Shown in pieces: positions 21,085 to 30,826 of a stretch of 64,000 bases of DNA (position 1 is its first letter; each line of letters begins with the position of its first letter). The notes beneath the pieces were generated by a model. That model was not told the DNA's origin. It saw only the letters and a program-made list of their open reading frames with translations, and ran no database searches. Source of the stretch: a virus. Lineage: Duplodnaviria; Caudoviricetes. The stretch covers positions 160,001-224,000 of IMG/VR virus record IMGVR_UViG_3300028048_000045; one strand, given 5' to 3'. The position numbers and the translations under genes were made by a program.

Positions 21085-23862
21085 TTAATTATTTTGTCCT
21101 AAGAAATCCAACATGATGTTAGTCGCATTAATAAGGAATTTCTGGAATGTACCAAGTTCTGACTGATCAAGAGACTTGTAGTATTCCATTTCTTTCTGCT
21201 TATTAAGGAGATTAATTGTATCATCAGAGTTTCTGTCAGAAAGAGCAGTAATAGAAATTTTCTGAATATTTCTAATAACGTTTCCATTTTCGATATTCAT
21301 CAAACAATCAGGCATAATGTCGAATGTCATGTACTTAGGAGAAATGAATACTTCAAAACCGCGAGACTTAATAAATTCATTTCTTCCCTGCTGAGTTGTC
21401 AAATCATATCTAGACCAGAGATCTCTCTGTTCACGATAACGACTCTGAATTCCCTGAGGTGAGAAATATCTTATATCAAGACGACCTTTTTCTGATGGAA
21501 GAACTCCATCCAATTTTCTTCTTGATGGTGGAAGTATGAATGTCTGCATACATTCGAGTGGCTGACATTTCTTAATCATAGAAAGTTCGAAACCATCGTG
21601 ATTATCAAGCATTCTTACTACTGCAGGTGTCAACAGATTATCTCTATCAAATTCGAATGAGATAGAGTATGGTGTTCCTGGACCATAATTCAATCTATGC
21701 TCTTTAATGATACAAGCACAGATAACCTGAATACCATCATTAACAATTACAGAATTACATTCTGTATACTGTGTGATAATATATTCAACGAATCTCTGAT
21801 TTGCAGGAATTGTTGGATTGCGCAATCTTAAATCGTTTCTGATATATCTTGCAGACAAGATGAACTGTGGGTCATAATTATCTACTGAAATATCAGGCAT
21901 TCTGTTAAGATCTTTATAAATCTGATTTCTGTGAACAGATTTAATATCCTTTTCAGTTTTCTTATCAAGAACTACAACACCAACAAAGTTTGTTGCTGGT
22001 TTTGGAGAATAATAAGTAGAACTTCCAGGACGTTTAGAATCAGGATCGCCTTTTTCAAACATATCAAGATACATCTGTTCAGTTGTGTAACTGATAACAT
22101 AGTTATTAGCAATGTTAATCTTATATCTTGGTTTAATGTAATCAAATGCAATCAATTTCTTCAAAGCGAAAACCGTAGCAATAGCACATTCACGACAAAT
22201 ATCACTATAAATGATACGTGTCTTAATACCATGCTTAGGAACTTTGAACTGGAATGGAAGTTTTCTATTGAACAACAATGGATGATTGTTGTACTGAGAA
22301 GAATCTTCAGTATCAATACAAATTACACGAACGCCAGTACTAAAGTCGATGATTGGATAATATCCGCAAGATTCTTTAATAGAAACTTTACATCTTACCT
22401 GTGACATATCGGCAATTCTTGTAGATTCCATTACCTGTGTAAGAATTCCATAAAATTCAGTTTTCTTGAATTCTGAGAATAAATCTTTCTGTTCATCAAA
22501 GATAGAAGTATTTTCTTCAGCGATATTATCATCAATATCCCAAACACATCTATCAATTCCATACTTAGACTGTTCTGCAGCTTCTTTACGACGCTTTTCT
22601 TTAATAGCTGTAATGTTTTCATCTTCAATATTGTTAGGATCATCTCCAACATTTGAAGTTTCAACAACTGGCTGAATTTCACCATTAAACTTTTTCTGTT
22701 CGATGAGTTCAGCAAATTCACCAGCTACAAGAATCCAAAGTGCAGCTTTAGCAGCAGGATTTTTAAAATCCACATACTTGTAGTATTTACCATATTCAAA
22801 ACAATACTGTTCCTGAATAAGTTTTCTGTCTTCTTTAGATGAATAACCTTCAAGATAATTGATAAGAGCATTTTCTGTAAACGCACTCTGAATTTCAGCA
22901 ACACGTTTCTTAAATGCTTTCTTCATGAAATCTGCAAGACTACCATCTGATTCAGTTTCAAAATATTCTTTTTCTTCTGGTGACAGATTAGGTTCTTCCT
23001 GTTCAGTTTCATGCTTATCCATTTCTTCAACAGCTTTTTCAAGTTTTTCAGTTTCAAATTTTTCTTCTTTTGATTCTTCTTTAACTTCTTCTGTCGATTC
23101 TTCATGAATTTCTTCAGTAGTAGGAGTCACATCAATTGATTCCTCTTCAATCTTAACAGGTTCTGTAGTAGGAGCATCAATTTCAGATTCAGTATCTTCT
23201 TCAAATCCAACATCTTTAATTTCAACTTCTTCAGTTGTTTCTTCAGCGGATTCAGAAGTTTCTTCAGGAATAGATTCGCCTTCAACAGCTTTCATTCCAT
23301 TATCAACTAAATCTTCCAGAATCTTTTCTTCAGATTCAGAATCTTCTTCAGTAGTTGTTGTTTCTTCTTCATCAGTTTCTGCAGCTTCTTCAACATCAGC
23401 AAGCTGACCAATTATAACTGCATCACCTTCATAAAATTCCTTTTCTTCAGATTCAGAAGGTTTATCTTCTACCTTTTCATCTGCAATTTCAGGATTGTCA
23501 TCAATTCCAGGTCTTTCTAATGAATCTGTTTGATCATCTTCATCAACAATTGTTGTTTCATCAAAATCAAACAATTCATCAGAATTATCTTCTTCATTTT
23601 CAACCTTTACAGGTTTGTCATCAGAATCAAATGTGTAATCCGAATAATCTTCAGTAGATTCAGCATCATTTACTGTACCAACTTCTACCTCATTTTCTTC
23701 AAACGGTTCATCTGAAGACCCGAACAAATCATCAACATCGATTGTTCCAGGTTTAAATTTGTCGAAATCATCATCGTCATCAAACGATTTTGCCATTTCT
23801 TCTACCTCCTCATTTGGCGTTTTTACAATTTCCTCTTCTATTTGTTGATCATTCTCAATCAT
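21085..23862 (-). CDS. large protein with about 310-aa highly acidic, likely disordered N-terminus
   Basis: 925 aa; E/D-rich N-terminal third followed by a globular-looking region. Confidence 0.8.
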   Translation of the reverse strand: MIENDQQIEEEIVKTPNEEVEEMAKSFDDDDDFDKFKPGTIDVDDLFGSSDEPFEENEVEVGTVNDAESTEDYSDYTFDSDDKPVKVENEEDNSDELFDFDETTIVDEDDQTDSLERPGIDDNPEIADEKVEDKPSESEEKEFYEGDAVIIGQLADVEEAAETDEEETTTTEEDSESEEKILEDLVDNGMKAVEGESIPEETSESAEETTEEVEIKDVGFEEDTESEIDAPTTEPVKIEEESIDVTPTTEEIHEESTEEVKEESKEEKFETEKLEKAVEEMDKHETEQEEPNLSPEEKEYFETESDGSLADFMKKAFKKRVAEIQSAFTENALINYLEGYSSKEDRKLIQEQYCFEYGKYYKYVDFKNPAAKAALWILVAGEFAELIEQKKFNGEIQPVVETSNVGDDPNNIEDENITAIKEKRRKEAAEQSKYGIDRCVWDIDDNIAEENTSIFDEQKDLFSEFKKTEFYGILTQVMESTRIADMSQVRCKVSIKESCGYYPIIDFSTGVRVICIDTEDSSQYNNHPLLFNRKLPFQFKVPKHGIKTRIIYSDICRECAIATVFALKKLIAFDYIKPRYKINIANNYVISYTTEQMYLDMFEKGDPDSKRPGSSTYYSPKPATNFVGVVVLDKKTEKDIKSVHRNQIYKDLNRMPDISVDNYDPQFILSARYIRNDLRLRNPTIPANQRFVEYIITQYTECNSVIVNDGIQVICACIIKEHRLNYGPGTPYSISFEFDRDNLLTPAVVRMLDNHDGFELSMIKKCQPLECMQTFILPPSRRKLDGVLPSEKGRLDIRYFSPQGIQSRYREQRDLWSRYDLTTQQGRNEFIKSRGFEVFISPKYMTFDIMPDCLMNIENGNVIRNIQKISITALSDRNSDDTINLLNKQKEMEYYKSLDQSELGTFQKFLINATNIMLDFLGQNN

Positions 23863-24281
23863 TTTGTGTGAGAGTCAGAAGAATCTGACTCATTATTAAC
23901 CACCTCCGATTTACCAAACATTTTTTCAAATTCTGGATCATTTGTAATATCATTAGAACCCATATTAACAGGTTCTGTAGTAGCAGGTTGTGTTTTTTGT
24001 TGTGTCGGTTGTGGTGTAATAGGTTTAGGTGAACCGGAAAACCAATTGTCTTCATTTCCACCCTTCTTCCAAGGATCTTTTTGTTCCTGACCAGCATGTC
24101 CAAACATTTTCATAAATGCCGGATCATTTGTAATATCATCTGGTGCAGTTTTTCTATTTTCTTTTTGTTTTGCAATAATATCTAATGGAACCCCATTAGA
24201 ATCCACTCTGACACCTGTAGTTTTAGGTCTTTTTGCTCCCTTCATAGGATCTGACGCAATAAATTGTACATTGTTGTCCAT
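23859..24281 (-). CDS. hypothetical low-complexity protein with duplicated DITNDPxFxKMFG motif
   Basis: 140 aa, GGAGG RBS, motif occurs twice. Confidence 0.7.
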   Translation of the reverse strand: MDNNVQFIASDPMKGAKRPKTTGVRVDSNGVPLDIIAKQKENRKTAPDDITNDPAFMKMFGHAGQEQKDPWKKGGNEDNWFSGSPKPITPQPTQQKTQPATTEPVNMGSNDITNDPEFEKMFGKSEVVNNESDSSDSHTK

Positions 24282-24436
24282 AATAGGATTCCTCCACTTA
24301 AATTTTTATAAAAGTATATAAATTAAAATTACTTTAATATCCCTATACTGCAAATTTAATATATTTTAATATATTACATAATTTAACAAATTAAAGCAAA
24401 AAACATCATTATATATACTAAAATAGGAGAAATTTT

Positions 24437-26041
24437 ATGGATTTTTTTAATTTTTTCCCTAGTTTGGAAAAATCAAATGAAGCATATTTTGGTTTAGATT
24501 CTCCATTATCTCAAGATCTTATTAATTATGCTAGTAAGTTAAAAGAACTAATACAAAATGTAGACGATACCAAATTCAAAAATAGAGAATTTATGAAAAA
24601 AGTAAATTCAATACTTATTGATTTTGGTGAAGCTGTTAAATTAGATGTTAACGCAGAAAGTGTAAAATTCTTATTAATTCCAGATGATACATTAAACGCT
24701 GCAGCTTATCCAATATTTATAAGAGCAAATACAACTGTAAAAGATAAAAATGGTAATATAAATATTGACTTGGATAAAATTATAGATATCGAAGATATCA
24801 TTGTTACATCTGAAGGTTATAAATACCGAAATAGTAAAAATAAACTTTTATGTGTAAAACTTAATAAAGGTTTAATTCAGAAATGTGAACCTGAAATCAT
24901 TGCTGGTGTAATAGCTCATGAATTAGGTCATTGTTTCCAAGATGGTATTTTTGGAGTTTATAAAGATGTTGCAGATATAACATTTTCACAAATGATGACA
25001 GCTAGTGCTCATGCTGTAGAAATGTTTAGAAACAGTATGCCTAAATTCATTCAAGGATTAACTAAGATTGTGGGTTTTAGATTTTTGTTTATAATTTTCA
25101 CTTATTTATGTTTTCCACAATATTTATTCACATCTGGTTTACTTTCCGGATTAGGTGCAAAATTAGCAAAGTTATCTAATAACTTAGCACATAAAAATAC
25201 AACACTACGAATGAAAGATCAGCTTGAGAAAATTGACGATGGTGATGATAAAACTAGATCTAGTTTACAAAATAGCCAAGCAACACAAATATTAACATAC
25301 ATCAATAAAGATAATGATCGTAATAAATTTATTAAAGATCTAGAAAAAAATAATAAAGATGAGTGGAAAATATATTTGGAGAATTGTAAAAACTTAGAAC
25401 CAGTTGGTGGTAAGTTTAAAGAATTCTGGGAAAGAATGGTTCGTAAATTTGACAATATGGATACTAGATTAGTTAGATTACTAACATTATCTAGATTCAC
25501 AAATAAAACTTATTTCAAAGTAACATTCTTCAAGCGATGGGAATTTTTCGCAGATATCTTCGCTACATCATACGGATTTGGACCAGAAACATACAGTTTC
25601 TTATCATCAATAGTTGATGATTATTTGGAAAAAAATAATGGTATGAGTATGTACGATAAATATCATATTTATAAGACATATTTGGAAACTTGTGAATATG
25701 ATGTGCATGGTACAAATAAACAAAGATTACAAAATATGTACACTGATCTTGTACACGAAATTCAAACTAATACACATTTAACTACTGATCAGAAAAAACA
25801 AATTCAATTGCAAATTGATCAATTAACTGCTATAAGTGAACAGGTTTATCAAAATCGTAAATCTAATAGTAAGTCTCTATTTACAAAAGCTTATAACAAA
25901 TTGATTGATGATCGTATTAATGGTATTAGTCATGATACTGAAGAAAAAATATTAAAACCTATTGATGATTTGTGTAAAGAAGTTTTTGTTGGAAAATACA
26001 AAAAAGAAATCCAAAACAGTATTGAGCATTTGATCGTATAA
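24437..26041 (+). CDS. zinc metalloprotease-like protein (HEXXH), possibly virion-associated
   Basis: IAHELGHC plus distal EFFADIFA motif; central hydrophobic segment. Confidence 0.7.
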   Translation: MDFFNFFPSLEKSNEAYFGLDSPLSQDLINYASKLKELIQNVDDTKFKNREFMKKVNSILIDFGEAVKLDVNAESVKFLLIPDDTLNAAAYPIFIRANTTVKDKNGNINIDLDKIIDIEDIIVTSEGYKYRNSKNKLLCVKLNKGLIQKCEPEIIAGVIAHELGHCFQDGIFGVYKDVADITFSQMMTASAHAVEMFRNSMPKFIQGLTKIVGFRFLFIIFTYLCFPQYLFTSGLLSGLGAKLAKLSNNLAHKNTTLRMKDQLEKIDDGDDKTRSSLQNSQATQILTYINKDNDRNKFIKDLEKNNKDEWKIYLENCKNLEPVGGKFKEFWERMVRKFDNMDTRLVRLLTLSRFTNKTYFKVTFFKRWEFFADIFATSYGFGPETYSFLSSIVDDYLEKNNGMSMYDKYHIYKTYLETCEYDVHGTNKQRLQNMYTDLVHEIQTNTHLTTDQKKQIQLQIDQLTAISEQVYQNRKSNSKSLFTKAYNKLIDDRINGISHDTEEKILKPIDDLCKEVFVGKYKKEIQNSIEHLIV

Positions 26042-26051
26042 AAAAAATCAA

Positions 26052-26200
26052 AGCAGAATTATAAGAAACGCATTCGGATTTTATGCATTTACCTAGTATT
26101 CGAGCACTTACGTGACCGGTTTACATGTCCTGTTGCCCCTTTCGGGGACTTGCGTCAAGACTCTCTCCTACTAGGCTGTAAACCTATGATTCTTCTTAGA
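26052..26200 (-). ncRNA. putative pseudoknotted structured RNA of unknown family
   Basis: GC-richer intergenic block with crossing helices (26092-98/26169-75 and 26118-25/26177-84), two GNRA hairpins and a G-U pair that favour the minus strand. Confidence 0.55.
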
Positions 26201-26297
26201 CATAAATAAAATATATAAATGAAAAAATAATATAAATACACACTGGAGGACTTGTTCCTCCAGTGTATTATTTAATATACAACCCAAACCATTTTTT

Positions 26298-27836
26298 TTA
26301 TTTCTTAATAAGAACAGGATCGATTTCAAATGTCATCTTATCCATATCGAATGTTTGATTACACGGACAGATAAAATGACTCAAACCAGGAGCACCAGCA
26401 GACTGACCTTCAATAAAGTTAATCGCACCAATGTAGTCAATTGGGAATTGACGAAGTGTTGTAGAAACTCGTTTTGATTTAGCTGAAGGAGATCCAGGAC
26501 CAGTTTTAGTTACCATCAATAATGTATTTGTTAAAGCATCATCATTACATTCGCTACTGAATTTAGCAATAGTCAAACCAGTTACCTGATGTGAAATCTT
26601 ACCAATAATAGCATTAAGAATCAACGAAGATTTAATTTTAAATACATCCAACAGTCCATCCATAGTTTTAAGTTTGTCAGGAGTGTTCATAAAACGATAA
26701 ATCTTTTCTGTAAACATTACTGTAAATGGAGAAATCAAATATTCACCAAGACGTAAACGTTTATTCTGAAGACCATCGTCTTTAGATGTAAGAGATGCAT
26801 AATTACAGAAGATCCATCTCGCCACAGCATAGATATTTGATCTATCTGTACCAGGAACCAACTGACTTATAATCTCACGAGTGTGATAATCAAGAGAATT
26901 ATTAAATGTTTTAAGAAGAGCAATTCCTTTTTCCATTGACTTCTGAATAGAAATACTTTCTCCTAAAAGCATTGTCCATCGTGTAACATTTCGGATATAA
27001 TCCATATCCATTGAACGTTTTTGAGAAGCAAGGATTGTTGCTACAAATGTACGGAATACATTGTTTTCATCAAATGCTTGCTTGTCAACACCCATATAAA
27101 CCTGACCAAATTTGAATATGTATTGATTTGTTGGGAAAGCTGATAAATCTGGAGTTTTTTCATTTTCGCTTAATGAATATAACTTAATCCATTTATCTAC
27201 TCCGAAATATTCCAAAGTTCTATAGAAACCGAAATATGCGAAGAAATAAATAAGAACAGGAATACATTTACGGGTAACATAAATCATAATTTTAGAAGTG
27301 TTATACTTCTTTCCAAAAATATCAGTAATGATAGTTTTTTGACGTTCGAATTTTATAGCACGAGTCATTGTTTTTAATACTAATACATTTTTCTTAGTAA
27401 ATGTAATAGCATCAATAATCTGAAGTGGACAAGAATACTTGTTTCCTCTTATGTAGAAGTGAGAATTATCAATCAATAATGGAATCCACATTGAGAACGA
27501 TTGATGAAGTGTTGTACCTCCAAATGAACATTCAAAATCAAATATAGCTTCCTTAGCAAATGTATCATTAATATTGATTCTAATTTCATTTTTGTTAGCA
27601 GTCTTCAATGAACCTTCATCATCTTTATCACGTTCCAACATTTTACCACGAGAATCCTGATAATGATATCCTAAATATTTAACATATTCAGGAATCAATT
27701 GACAAACTGCTTTACAAGCATCATCAATATATTTAGTCATCTCGTCTTTTTTACGGATCTCCACAATTAATTTATCATTAAACATTCCATCATTCTTAGA
27801 TGAAAAACCAGAAACAAGTTCTAACGCTGAAGCCAT
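26298..27836 (-). CDS. phage multisubunit RNA polymerase, beta N-terminal half
   Basis: IPLLIDNSHFYIRGNKY matches the beta 'IP...FIINGxE' region; also NKRLRLGEY, TKTGPGS, and LRQF...IG.I...S.GAPGL (region D-like). Confidence 0.85.
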   Translation of the reverse strand: MASALELVSGFSSKNDGMFNDKLIVEIRKKDEMTKYIDDACKAVCQLIPEYVKYLGYHYQDSRGKMLERDKDDEGSLKTANKNEIRININDTFAKEAIFDFECSFGGTTLHQSFSMWIPLLIDNSHFYIRGNKYSCPLQIIDAITFTKKNVLVLKTMTRAIKFERQKTIITDIFGKKYNTSKIMIYVTRKCIPVLIYFFAYFGFYRTLEYFGVDKWIKLYSLSENEKTPDLSAFPTNQYIFKFGQVYMGVDKQAFDENNVFRTFVATILASQKRSMDMDYIRNVTRWTMLLGESISIQKSMEKGIALLKTFNNSLDYHTREIISQLVPGTDRSNIYAVARWIFCNYASLTSKDDGLQNKRLRLGEYLISPFTVMFTEKIYRFMNTPDKLKTMDGLLDVFKIKSSLILNAIIGKISHQVTGLTIAKFSSECNDDALTNTLLMVTKTGPGSPSAKSKRVSTTLRQFPIDYIGAINFIEGQSAGAPGLSHFICPCNQTFDMDKMTFEIDPVLIKK

Positions 27837-27897
27837 TTTTACTTTTAACCTCCCTTATGGATTAATGGTGGGTTTTTAATGAACCCACCAGAAACAT

Positions 27898-29865
27898 TTA
27901 TTTTGTAAATTTTGCTATAAATTCTTCAGGACTTAATACTGGAATTTTATATTTCTTAGCTTTCAACACTTTAGATGTACCAGTTTCAACTGAAACTAAA
28001 TAATCCAAAGATGATGTTACTGAAGAAACAAATGTTAAGTTCGAATCTAATTCGGAAACCTTATTAATAAATTCCTGTTTATTTTTAAATCCTGGAACTT
28101 CTCCAGAAATACAATAAGTTATTTCTGTACCAGTATTTTCTTTAACCTCTTTGAAATATGGCTTGAGAAGTTCATAACACTGTATCAAATCTTCAATATG
28201 TCGTTTATCTTTAAACCAAGCGACAAGTCTTGAATCGAAAACATCTTCTATAACTATTTTCTTATCAAGTTCTTCTTTATATTTCAAGAATTTTTCAACG
28301 GTTGTTAATCCGGCTTTTATCAACATTCCTTCACCAATATAAGGAATGTTAAAATTCGCTAACAGTTTTAATTCTGTCATATTCTTGAAAATATAATCAG
28401 CTGAATCAATAAAATTTACAGTTCGTTTACCACCATTAAAATGCATCATTCCAAATTCAAGTTTATAATCTATAAGATTCATCATCTTTAAGAAACTGAA
28501 GAATGTATAAGGCCATTCTTTGTAACGAATGTAATCTACTATTCCGTTTATTATAGATGGTCCTATATTCTTAACATTCAATCCTGTTAAGAAATCTTCC
28601 AATTTAGATGCATAGATATCTTTACATCCATATTCATTAGGACACATAATATCTTGGTAAACTTTTACAACTGGAGTTCCGCAACACGGACATTTATCGA
28701 TATCAATAAATTTAATTTCTTTTCCTTCTTCATTATATGATTCGACTATTTTTGGAATAACATCATTTGAACGTTTCATTAGAACAGTTGATCCTATTCC
28801 TATTTTCATTCGCTTCATATTCTGATAATTATCCAATGTTGCTCTTTGTACCAATACACCATTAATATAAATAGGTTTAATTTGTGCAACAAATGAAATT
28901 TTCATTCTATTTACAGATGAATGGATATTAATAACTTCTGATGAACCAAATTCTGCTGGTGGTTTAAGAGCCATATTATATCTATTACAAGTTGTAATAG
29001 AATATCTAGAATTTATCATATCATAATTATCTTGACCACCATCAATAGTCAAAATAATTCCATCAGTTTCATATTCCCATTTTTCTCTAAGATTCTGAAC
29101 ATAGTCTTGATAAACTTGCGGAATATTAACTGTTTTCTTCGGAAGAATCATAATAGGTTCAAAATGATTTAAATCTTGAGAAACTTTAATAATTGACAAT
29201 AATTTATCTAACCTATTCTTGAAATTGGGTCTATAAGTATTATCATAATAATGAACGTCATACGTTACAAAGTTAACATATTTTAATTCATCCGATTCTT
29301 CTTTTCGTTTTAAAATACCAGAACAACTATTTCTTAATGGTCCACTGAATTCTCTAGCATATCGTTTAGGAATTATAAATTCTCCACGAAGTTCTGAATT
29401 TGGAATATATTTAGGAATAACTCCTTTAATTTTTATTCCAAATGGTATAAGAGCACCAATAGTTCCATCACCACGTGTTGAAGCTAATTTATAATTTCCA
29501 TCTTGATCATAAACGATTTTTCCAGAAATACCATCAAACTTAGGTTCATACCATAATGAAGGTATACCATCTTCGAAATAAAGATTTGGAAATTTCTGTT
29601 GTATATCGAAAAACCAATCTACTACAGCTTCAGCAGTCTGTTCTTTTTGCATTGATAACATTGGATATTCATGTTCGACAGGAATATCTCTAGTCTGTGT
29701 CTTCGCTCCAACTTGATAAAAATACTGGTTATTCGGATCCAATTCTTTTAATCTTCTTTCTTTAAAATCGAATTCCTCATCAGTCACACCTGTATCTTCA
29801 CCATTATAATATTTCATTCTATAACTATTTAGTTCATCTACGAGTTTATTAACTTCATTAACCAT
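27898..29865 (-). CDS. ligA: NAD-dependent DNA ligase
   Basis: YY...TDEEFD, PMLSMQK, EPKFDG adenylation motif, TRGDG, ETDG, RATLDN, Zn finger, C-terminal BRCT domain. Confidence 0.95.
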   Translation of the reverse strand: MVNEVNKLVDELNSYRMKYYNGEDTGVTDEEFDFKERRLKELDPNNQYFYQVGAKTQTRDIPVEHEYPMLSMQKEQTAEAVVDWFFDIQQKFPNLYFEDGIPSLWYEPKFDGISGKIVYDQDGNYKLASTRGDGTIGALIPFGIKIKGVIPKYIPNSELRGEFIIPKRYAREFSGPLRNSCSGILKRKEESDELKYVNFVTYDVHYYDNTYRPNFKNRLDKLLSIIKVSQDLNHFEPIMILPKKTVNIPQVYQDYVQNLREKWEYETDGIILTIDGGQDNYDMINSRYSITTCNRYNMALKPPAEFGSSEVINIHSSVNRMKISFVAQIKPIYINGVLVQRATLDNYQNMKRMKIGIGSTVLMKRSNDVIPKIVESYNEEGKEIKFIDIDKCPCCGTPVVKVYQDIMCPNEYGCKDIYASKLEDFLTGLNVKNIGPSIINGIVDYIRYKEWPYTFFSFLKMMNLIDYKLEFGMMHFNGGKRTVNFIDSADYIFKNMTELKLLANFNIPYIGEGMLIKAGLTTVEKFLKYKEELDKKIVIEDVFDSRLVAWFKDKRHIEDLIQCYELLKPYFKEVKENTGTEITYCISGEVPGFKNKQEFINKVSELDSNLTFVSSVTSSLDYLVSVETGTSKVLKAKKYKIPVLSPEEFIAKFTK

Positions 29866-30029
29866 ACGCAGATTCTCCTATTTGTTAAAAGAAAAATATA
29901 TAATTAAAGATATTTTACAAGAAAATAAATATATTTGTTTGTAGCTCTGTAAATAAAAAAATAAAAAAAAGAAACCAGAGTAATCTGGTACAGAAAACCC
30001 TTTCGAGTTTTCTGTTTTAAGAATAGATA

Positions 30030-30428
30030 TTAGATTTCGATATAGACAACCCAATCTACTGAATCCTCTTCAATAGGACGATAGATATTATCGGTTACAT
30101 CTACAAAAGATTCGATTTTACAATGGTGAACATCACCATCTTCATCTACCATGTCTACCCATTTGGTAAACACTAATCCATTAAAATCTTTATCTACTCT
30201 TATCGAAATTTCAGGAGATATTCCATCTTCTTCAACTTCATCGAGATCGTTACGGTCAATGATTACCTTATGACCCCAATCTCTAAGCCATGAACAATCT
30301 ACACATACAAGTGTAGTCTTGTTCTTGTTTGGGAGAAGCTCATCGATTTTACAACCGATGAAGAAATCTCCTTCCATGTAATTTTCAGCTGCTTTAGCAG
30401 CTGCTTCAAGAATCTGTTCTTTTTTCAT
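30030..30428 (-). CDS. hypothetical protein
   Basis: Probable start MKKEQ at 30428, downstream of an early-type promoter. Confidence 0.65.
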   Translation of the reverse strand: MKKEQILEAAAKAAENYMEGDFFIGCKIDELLPNKNKTTLVCVDCSWLRDWGHKVIIDRNDLDEVEEDGISPEISIRVDKDFNGLVFTKWVDMVDEDGDVHHCKIESFVDVTDNIYRPIEEDSVDWVVYIEI

Positions 30429-30558
30429 TTGTATTTTTCCCTTGACTATAATTATTTTATTTTGTAAGAGTTTTATAGTCATCCACCCTCATTAATATAA
30501 TATACAAAAAAGAATAATAGATTTACAAAAAAATAGGGATATTTAATCCCTATTCTAT

Positions 30559-30723
30559 TTATTTACTGTTTTTAACTAATTCATGAACATGTCTCTTAAA
30601 ATATTCATATTTTTCGAAACCGTAATAATTTTTATAAAACATTTTCAATACTCCTTTAAGACATTCCGTAGATTTACCATTTCCTCTAGATAAAACTATT
30701 TTCGTTGTAGGTTTATATTCCAT
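30559..30723 (-). CDS. small hypothetical protein (54 aa)
   Basis: Manual translation MEYKPTTKIVLSRGNGKST...; AAGGAG RBS; below the ORF-track cutoff. Confidence 0.55.
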   Translation of the reverse strand: MEYKPTTKIVLSRGNGKSTECLKGVLKMFYKNYYGFEKYEYFKRHVHELVKNSK

Positions 30724-30826
30724 TTAATTCTCCTTAATAAAAAAGGAGGGAACGCACTTAACAACGTTCCCTCCTAATGGCTTAAAGTATGTTATACAGA
30801 ATTCGTCAACGACGCTCTGGAATAAC

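Noticed and set aside
22421-22430. Self-target of array spacer TGGAATCTAC (reverse complement GTAGATTCCA occurs here)
   Set aside because: The flanking bases do not match either neighbouring spacer, and a lone 10-mer match is expected by chance.
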